Assembly: GCA_964510585.1 (NCBI GenBank)
Contig: CAZECW010000214.1
Span: 1-9,571, forward strand
Direction: 5' to 3'
DNA length: 9,571 nt
DNA from: an uncultured archaeon
Lineage (GTDB): Archaea > Asgardarchaeota > Jordiarchaeia > Jordiarchaeales > Jordiarchaeaceae
Below the pieces are notes generated by a model that ran no database searches, was not told the DNA's origin, and worked only from the letters and a program-made list of their open reading frames with translations. The position numbers were made by a program, and so were the translations under genes. Below are positions 1 to 5,133 of the stretch, piece by piece; positions within the stretch are counted from its first letter, which is position 1; the number at the start of each line of letters is the position of its first letter.

Positions 1-139
1 CCCCCATGAGGGTGCCAACATAGACGCCGTTCCCTTGAGGGAAGGGCGTGTTAACTGGGTGATGGCACACCCATTGCTTCGAAGGCTCCCGATGAGCCAG
101 AAGCAAGAATCTCCCGACTTTAGTCGCGGAGAGTGTCAA
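1..139 (+). mobile_element. Right end of an IS200/IS605-family insertion sequence (probably tnpB-bearing); the element continues beyond the left edge of the window
   Basis: GAAT (107-110) lies directly before an imperfect hairpin CTCCCGAC-TTTA-GTCG(C)GGAG (111-131, one bulged C), followed by AGTG-TCAA (132-139). This is the layout of the IS608 right end (guide GAAT, bulged TTTA-loop palindrome, cleavage site TCAA). The + frame across it reads QESPDFSRGECQ, a tail common at IS605 tnpB 3' ends. Confidence 0.88.
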
Positions 140-232
140 CATCGTCCAACTGTAAAGATATCACGTCAGATCCAACAGAATCCTTCAGGTTCTTCGAATT
201 ATCTAAAGCAACAATCTTCCCAAAATCCATAA
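2..232 (+). CDS. Possible C-terminal tail of TnpB reading through the IS right end into flanking DNA (5'-partial)
   Basis: Frame is open from base 2 (PHEGANIDAVPLREGRVNWVMAHPLLRRLPMSQKQESPDFSRGECQ...) to TAA 230-232. No RuvC or Zn-finger motif is in view, and another frame ends PMRVPT* at 21-23, so the true tnpB frame cannot be fixed. Confidence 0.3.
   Translation, partial: PHEGANIDAVPLREGRVNWVMAHPLLRRLPMSQKQESPDFSRGECQHRPTVKISRQIQQNPSGSSNYLKQQSSQNP
6..159 (+). ncRNA. Putative TnpB omegaRNA (reRNA) scaffold 3' portion plus flank-derived guide; 5' end probably outside the window
   Basis: Stems seen: 6-17/63-74 (imperfect), enclosing 24-34/39-49 (ACGCC-G-TTCCC/GGGAA-G-GGCGT, loop TTGA); 74-80/100-106 (TTGCTTC/GAAGCAA) with inner 84-88/94-98 (GGCTC/GAGCC); right-end hairpin 111-131. 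Established: TnpB omegaRNAs overlap the tnpB 3' end and right end and take their guide from the flank. Expression is not shown. Confidence 0.6.
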
Positions 233-860
233 TAGCAATTCTGCTACAAAGATAATCCGCCTCCTCCAAGTAGTGAGTAGTAAGAATAATAGTAACCTCC
301 TCCTCCCGAGCCATTCTCCTAATATAATCCCAAATCCGGCGCCTAGTTTGGACATCTAAGCCCAAGGTAGGTTCATCGAGGAACAGTACGTGTGGGAAAT
401 GCATTAGTCCTCGGGCTATTTCTAGTCTCCTTTTCATTCCTCCAGAGTAGTTTATGACTAGACTTTTGGCGTGTTCAGTTAGCTCTACCAAGTCTAGGAC
501 TTCGTTTATTCTTTCTTTTCTTTTCTGTTTGGGAAGTCCGTACATTCGGGCGTGGAAGTCTAAGTTTTCCTCTCCTGTTAGCCTTATGTCTAGGCTGGGG
601 TCTTGGAAAACCATTCCGATGTTGCTTCTAACCTCATCTTTTTGTGTCTGTATGTTGTATCCCCATACTTCGGCCGTTCCGGATGTAGGCCTGATGAGTG
701 TGGCTAGCATTTTTAGGGTGGTGGTTTTACCGGCACCGTTGGGGCCGAGCATTCCGAACAGTTCCCCTTTTTCTATTTCGATGTTTAGTTTGTCCACTGC
801 GGTGAGGCCTTTGAATTTTTTAGTTAATTCATGTGTTTTGATTGCGTACATATCGTTCAT
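120..860 (-). CDS. ABC transporter ATP-binding subunit, DrrA/CcmA-like (ABC-2 exporter); C-terminally truncated by the IS insertion
   Basis: Walker A GPNGAGKT (aa 39-46), Q-loop VFQD, signature YSGGMKRR, Walker B VLFLDEPT, H-loop TTHY. The final DTLRD* is the reverse complement of the IS right end (stop TAA at 120-122 lies in the IS hairpin loop). Confidence 0.93.
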   Translation of the reverse strand: MNDMYAIKTHELTKKFKGLTAVDKLNIEIEKGELFGMLGPNGAGKTTTLKMLATLIRPTSGTAEVWGYNIQTQKDEVRSNIGMVFQDPSLDIRLTGEENLDFHARMYGLPKQKRKERINEVLDLVELTEHAKSLVINYSGGMKRRLEIARGLMHFPHVLFLDEPTLGLDVQTRRRIWDYIRRMAREEEVTIILTTHYLEEADYLCSRIAIMDFGKIVALDNSKNLKDSVGSDVISLQLDDVDTLRD

Positions 861-978
861 CCGCCTGTTTTCCTACGTGGCACTGGTTGGGCTTTTCAAA
901 TTTTTTATGTTTTTGAGTTTTTTGTTGGGGTTTGGTTAGCTCTCTTTTTTTAATGGGAACAATTTTTGTTTTTAACTG

Positions 979-1037
979 TTTTTATTTAATATTGCTTTAT
1001 ATTTTTATTTTTTATTTAATATTGCTTTATATTTTTA
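979..1037. repeat. Tandem direct duplication, 30-bp period (29 identical bp: TTTTTATTTAATATTGCTTTATATTTTTA x2)
   Basis: 979-1007 is identical to 1009-1037; it sits in an AT island (961-1110, 11 G/C in 150 nt). Confidence 0.9.
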
Positions 1038-1516
1038 GTTTTTTAAAAATTTATATTTTTAATTTATAATTATATAACATTAATATTTTTATGTTTTTAA
1101 AAATTAAGTATTAATCTATATACCCTGTGAAGCGGCTGGAAAACAAAAAGAGAAAGTCTAAGCATAAATCAAAGTCCTCTTTTACCTTTTTATTTGGTTT
1201 TAAGTTTTGGTGATCGTTTTGCAAATTTTTCCTACCTAATTTTTTGTTTTTTTAGTTGTTCGGAAAATTTTTGCTCATTGATTAGTGGTTGGAGCGAAAA
1301 TTCTAAGGCGTTGCCCATTTTTAAGGGTCTGGAAACACTTTTTAGGGGGTTGCCCTATTGTTGTATTCTTGTTAAATTTGTGGTGTTGGCTTTTGGGCTG
1401 CAATTTGTTTTTAGTGTTTGAGTTGCTTTTTTGTTTTAGATTTTTTTTAAGTTTCTGAAAAGCCTTATAGTTTCCTGTGCGAATATTTTATTTAACTGTT
1501 TGTAGGGTGATATGGA

Positions 1517-2332
1517 TTGTCTGGTAAACCCAGTTATGCGCTTATGCTTCAAATTGAACATGGAGAAAAAGTTCCTCTTCCCTTTAAGCAAGAAAACTTG
1601 TCCAGTAGCAGTATCGTTGCCACCATAGATGAGCAGAATAGCGCCTTGTATTTGTGGTTTGGGAAGGAGTGTAGCGATTTGGTCAAAAGATCCGCTTTGC
1701 GCACCGCTCAGTCTATAAAGAAGTCAGGATTTGCATATGGGCAGCTCCACATTGGACACGACTTAAGGGAAATAAAAATAGTAGACGAATCCAATTTAAA
1801 TGATCCCGAAATTCAAAGGAACCATGAAGAGTTAACCGCAATTTTCAAGCGTAAATTTACAATGAAGGATCAGTTCGTGATGGAAATTGGAAGACCCCAA
1901 ATTGCTCCCCAGCCCGCAGAAAAACAAGCATTTACACCGCCCATGCCTGAACCCAAAATCATTGCTCCTAAACCAACAGCTGCACCTCAGCTTGCTCCAA
2001 GTGTTGAGGAGGCTCCCCTAGAACAGCCAGTTGCTCCCAAGCCTACTAGTCCAAAGGCGGTAGCAACAACTGTTGAGCCTGAATTGATTGGGCAAGTTAA
2101 GCTGGGACTTTTATCTGTTTTGTTGGCTTCCAAGTTTTCCGGTTTCCAGTTAAAGACCACCCTGTCAAGTGATGGTAAGCCGGTCTACGAGTTCTTTAGT
2201 AGCGGAGGCACCCTATGTAAAGCTTCCCTAGATGGATCAGATTTAGTTATTTATCCTGAGTCTGAATTCGGTGGAAGAAGAGAAGAAATAATTGCTGCTT
2301 TGAAGAAGAAAGTCAGTTCACTCAACTTTTAG
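1517..2332 (+). CDS. Gelsolin/villin-like domain protein (Asgard-type): N-terminal gelsolin-like domain, Pro/Ala-rich linker, C-terminal domain of unknown function
   Basis: aa 28-69 LSSSSIVATIDEQNSALYLWFGKECSDLVKRSALRTAQSIKK fits the gelsolin-repeat pattern (L.S....lD......lYlW.G..s....r..A...A..i). aa 126-188 contain 17 Pro in 63 residues. TTG start with GGTGAT RBS at 1506-1511. Confidence 0.72.
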   Translation: MSGKPSYALMLQIEHGEKVPLPFKQENLSSSSIVATIDEQNSALYLWFGKECSDLVKRSALRTAQSIKKSGFAYGQLHIGHDLREIKIVDESNLNDPEIQRNHEELTAIFKRKFTMKDQFVMEIGRPQIAPQPAEKQAFTPPMPEPKIIAPKPTAAPQLAPSVEEAPLEQPVAPKPTSPKAVATTVEPELIGQVKLGLLSVLLASKFSGFQLKTTLSSDGKPVYEFFSSGGTLCKASLDGSDLVIYPESEFGGRREEIIAALKKKVSSLNF

Positions 2333-2333
2333 A

Positions 2334-2400
2334 CCCTTTCCCCTCTTTTTATTTGCTATAAAAACTCAGTTTTCATAGTTTGTCTAAAACGCTTTAGCGT
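2334..2400. terminator. Probable terminator region between convergent genes (pyrimidine/T tracts; small ACGCT-TT-AGCGT palindrome 2389-2400)
   Basis: CCCTTTCCCCTCTTTTTATTT follows the stop at 2332; T runs on the minus strand follow the trmI stop. Archaeal terminators are oligo-T tracts. Confidence 0.35.
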
Positions 2401-2410
2401 ATGTAGGTTT

Positions 2411-3184
2411 TTATATTATTTTTCGGGCGAAGGTCATATATCCGGTGTGTCCTATCATTCTAGTTTCAGGTCGGGTTTTGCCTTCTTCCACATTTATGTA
2501 CCTGACCAGGCATTCTAGTGTCCTCAGGTCGGCGAACTTTTCTCTCTCTAGTTCCTTTACTGTTTTCTGAACTTGGTCGATGGTTGGCGAGTACGAGGCG
2601 AAGTTACCTCCCCCTCGGAGAGCTTCGTAGGCGGCTTTAACTGCTAGCCATGGCGTGGCTATGTCCAGTATGACTGCGTCCACCTGCTCTTCCTCTATGC
2701 CCTCCAGAATGTCCTTGTTTTTGAGTTCAACATATTCAATTACTCCTGCTTTTTCCAAGTTTTTTCGCGCAATGTTTTGGAACTCCTCCCGATTCTCGTA
2801 ACTGTAAACTTTGCCACCTGGCCTAACGTAATTTGCCAAGATTATGGTCAGGGCTCCGCTTCCGGTGCCTGCCTCCACCACTCTGCTCCCCGGAACTATG
2901 CCCGTGTTTAGTAGTATGAGGCCTATGTCCTTGGGGTATATTATCTGGGTGGCTCTTTGCATCTTAAGGATTAGGTCCATGGGTGTGGGTTTGACCACGT
3001 AGAACTTGTGGTTGGTGCTGCTCATAACCGTGGTTCCATAGGGTTTTCCTATAATGTCGTTGAAGTTTACTGCGCCTTTATGGGTGTGGTGGATTTTTCC
3101 CTCCTCGGCTTTGAGGAGCCATCTTCTATTCTTATCATAAATTAATAGTATATAGTCTCCAACCTTTACGCTCATTGGGCTCAC
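2411..3184 (-). CDS. trmI: tRNA (adenine-N1)-methyltransferase, TrmI/GCD14 family (m1A57/58); real start may be ATG at 3175
   Basis: N-terminal HTHKGAVNFNDIIGKPYG, TQIIYPKD, SAM motif VVEAGTGSGALT, YSYENREEF, DAVILDIATPW, C-terminal TRPETRMIGHTGY. A GTGAG RBS-like element lies 4 nt before ATG 3175. Confidence 0.93.
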   Translation of the reverse strand: MSPMSVKVGDYILLIYDKNRRWLLKAEEGKIHHTHKGAVNFNDIIGKPYGTTVMSSTNHKFYVVKPTPMDLILKMQRATQIIYPKDIGLILLNTGIVPGSRVVEAGTGSGALTIILANYVRPGGKVYSYENREEFQNIARKNLEKAGVIEYVELKNKDILEGIEEEQVDAVILDIATPWLAVKAAYEALRGGGNFASYSPTIDQVQKTVKELEREKFADLRTLECLVRYINVEEGKTRPETRMIGHTGYMTFARKII

Positions 3185-3194
3185 TTCATTCCCT

Positions 3195-4229
3195 TTACAG
3201 GTTCGGTTTTCCTATTATTAGTATTTGGGCACCGCATCTTGAGCACTTATTTTCAGGAGTAATTCGATATTTGGTGATACTAAAAATGTATCTCTCTATA
3301 AGTAGTTCCCCACAATTAGGGCACCAAGTATTTTCACCCATGTGTCCCGGCACATTTCCAATGTAAACATATTTTAAACCTTCACTTAGTCCCACTTCTC
3401 TGGCACGTTCCAGTGTTTGGATTGGTGTGGCTTCTCGGTCAGTCATCTTGTATTCGGGATGGAACCGGGTTAGGTGCCACGGAATGTTTTCATCCTCCTC
3501 CCTTATTCTTCTGGCTATGCGTCTCAGGCAATCCACATCATCATTTACCCGCGGGATAACCAGAGTAGTTATCTCAATATGTATTCCTCTCTTCCTTGAC
3601 TCATGAATGTTGCGCCACACATAATCAACGTCTGCTCCACAGTACTTCTGAACAGTTTCTTTACATCCCTTAACATCAACATTCATAGCGTCCAAGCCGC
3701 TCTCTATGAGGAGATCCAAAGCTTGGAGAGTCATATAGCCATTGGTAACATAAGTATTGTAGTATCCCATCTTTTTTGCAAGTCTAAAAACATCTAGAGA
3801 ATACTCCAAGAGGAGAGTGGGCTCATTAAAAGATATGGAAGTCCCCTGACACTTATAGGCCTTAACGAGACGCATAAACTGCTCTGGACTCACATAATTC
3901 TTAAACTCATCTGGAGGATGCTTCGATATCTCCCAATTCTGGCACCAAGGGCATGTAAAATTACAGCTCCAGGAGCCAACGGTTAAGGCTTTTGAGCCGG
4001 GATAAAAGTGGAAAAATGGCTTCTTTTCAATGGGATTAGCACTTAGTGAGGAGATGTCGCCATAGATTAGTGTGAAGAGTTTTCCTCCAATGTTTTTTCT
4101 TGTTTTGCAAAACCCCACTTCTCCCTCTGGAATTACACACTTACGCATACAGGTAAGACACCTTATTCTTCCATCATCTGTTTTCTCGCTTAGTACTGCT
4201 TCTCTCAACTGGAAACTGTTATTTTTCAT
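3195..4229 (-). CDS. amrS: AmmeMemoRadiSam-system radical SAM enzyme (PFL-activase-like family)
   Basis: CxxxCxxC motif CNFTCPWCQNWEIS, preceded by NPIEKKPFFHFYPGS; N-terminal CLTCMRKC...GFCKTR; SFNEPT; RFHPEYKM; YVYIGNV; C-terminal CPNC...CSRC. GAGGT RBS upstream. Confidence 0.88.
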   Translation of the reverse strand: MKNNSFQLREAVLSEKTDDGRIRCLTCMRKCVIPEGEVGFCKTRKNIGGKLFTLIYGDISSLSANPIEKKPFFHFYPGSKALTVGSWSCNFTCPWCQNWEISKHPPDEFKNYVSPEQFMRLVKAYKCQGTSISFNEPTLLLEYSLDVFRLAKKMGYYNTYVTNGYMTLQALDLLIESGLDAMNVDVKGCKETVQKYCGADVDYVWRNIHESRKRGIHIEITTLVIPRVNDDVDCLRRIARRIREEDENIPWHLTRFHPEYKMTDREATPIQTLERAREVGLSEGLKYVYIGNVPGHMGENTWCPNCGELLIERYIFSITKYRITPENKCSRCGAQILIIGKPNL

Positions 4230-4429
4230 CTAAAAACCTCTTTTATTTTTAGCGTGAGACACACGGCTTTTAAAAAGGATTAGTAATAGGGTTCCAAAAA
4301 TCATAATAGGCGGATTCTTTTAAATTCTTTCTTTGAGTATCCTGATTAAAGTTTGTTAACGGTTTATTGTGGGAGGTTTATTGGGGAATGTGAGAATTTG
4401 AAAAACCATTTAAAAAAGTCTTTTTTCAA

Positions 4430-4460
4430 AGAATAATTTTATAAATAAATTCTTTATATA
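4430..4460 (+). promoter_or_regulatory. Candidate archaeal promoter (BRE/TATA) for the 4506-4871 gene
   Basis: GAATAA-TTTTATAA (about 4430-4444) and TTTATATA (4453-4460), 45-70 nt upstream of the likely start. Motif match only. Confidence 0.4.
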
Positions 4461-4505
4461 ATAATCATCAATATTTGGTTCACCAAATTGGTGGAGGCTG
4501 ATATT

Positions 4506-4871
4506 ATGCCTGAAGAAAGGCAGCTGGAACCCGCAGTGCCTCTTAAACTCAGCAGCCTGGAAGACTTGGCGAGGATGCTTGTTTTTTGGGTTGCTAGAGA
4601 GCGGGGGGCTTCAATATTGTATTTTGAAAAGGATGGCAAGCATATATATGGAGCACTGACGGTGAGCTTTCCGGGATACTATGAGCTTAGGGGTGTTCCC
4701 CTATTTATCTGTGTGATTGGAAAGGAGGCTCCCAAGGGACAGTTTCTGCGGTATCAAGGGCAGCCCGAGGAATCTATTGCCTTTGTAAAATCCATAGAAA
4801 TAGATCCAAAATATCAATACATTCCCATAATAAAACTTGCTGAACCCCCCAAATTTGTTGGAAAACTATGA
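4506..4871 (+). CDS. Conserved hypothetical archaeal protein (resembles a small uncharacterised crenarchaeal-type family); ORF track start is TTG 4488
   Basis: Motifs LSSLEDLAR, YYELRGVPLF and YIPIIKLAEPPKF resemble, from memory only, a small Thermoprotei protein family. GGAGG at 4493-4497 favours ATG 4506. Confidence 0.65.
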   Translation: MPEERQLEPAVPLKLSSLEDLARMLVFWVARERGASILYFEKDGKHIYGALTVSFPGYYELRGVPLFICVIGKEAPKGQFLRYQGQPEESIAFVKSIEIDPKYQYIPIIKLAEPPKFVGKL

Positions 4872-5133
4872 GAAACGAAACCACCTAATACTCTTTCCAG
4901 CTCTGACTTATTTTTTCCTAATTTTTGTAAAAAACCTAGGTTCTAAGAGAGAAGAATCCTTTTTCCGTAACAAACTTTCGGAAAGCATTTGAACTTATGA
5001 CAGAATTAAAAAGTTGAAAAGTGGTGTTCATCGTGTGTGCGGGGCTAGGAAAGTATTCTTTTTATTAGTTTTTATTCGATTTCCTAAGTTTCTGTGAATG
5101 ATTGCTGAAAAGAGAATGGTGTTAGAATGCATT

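Noticed and set aside
1-139. IS607-family or group II intron end
   Set aside because: The GAAT + bulged hairpin + TCAA layout fits HUH-type IS200/IS605 ends; no group II domain V/VI pattern was recognised.
454-939. 161-aa + strand ORF
   Set aside because: Antisense shadow of the well-supported ABC ATPase gene; no motifs.
979-1037. CRISPR-like repeat pair
   Set aside because: Only two directly abutting copies with no spacer, about 93% AT and no cas genes; this is a tandem duplication.
1194-1421. 75-aa + strand ORF
   Set aside because: F/L/S/V-rich composition follows from the T/G-skewed non-coding DNA; TTG start without a clear RBS; no recognisable motif.
861-1516. Replication origin
   Set aside because: AT-rich, but no ORB-like motif (TCCA..GAAA with a G-string) and no cdc6/orc1 in the window; kept only as a minor alternative.
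3175-3797. + strand ORFs 3175-3366 and 3603-3797
   Set aside because: Antisense to amrS/trmI, short and without protein-like features.
4454-4639. 61-aa minus ORF
   Set aside because: Antisense overlap with the 4506-4871 gene and its promoter.
4869-4946. Sec/readthrough at the TGA ending the small protein
   Set aside because: The recalled family ends at the equivalent P-x-F motif, and the downstream frame is low-complexity with an early stop.
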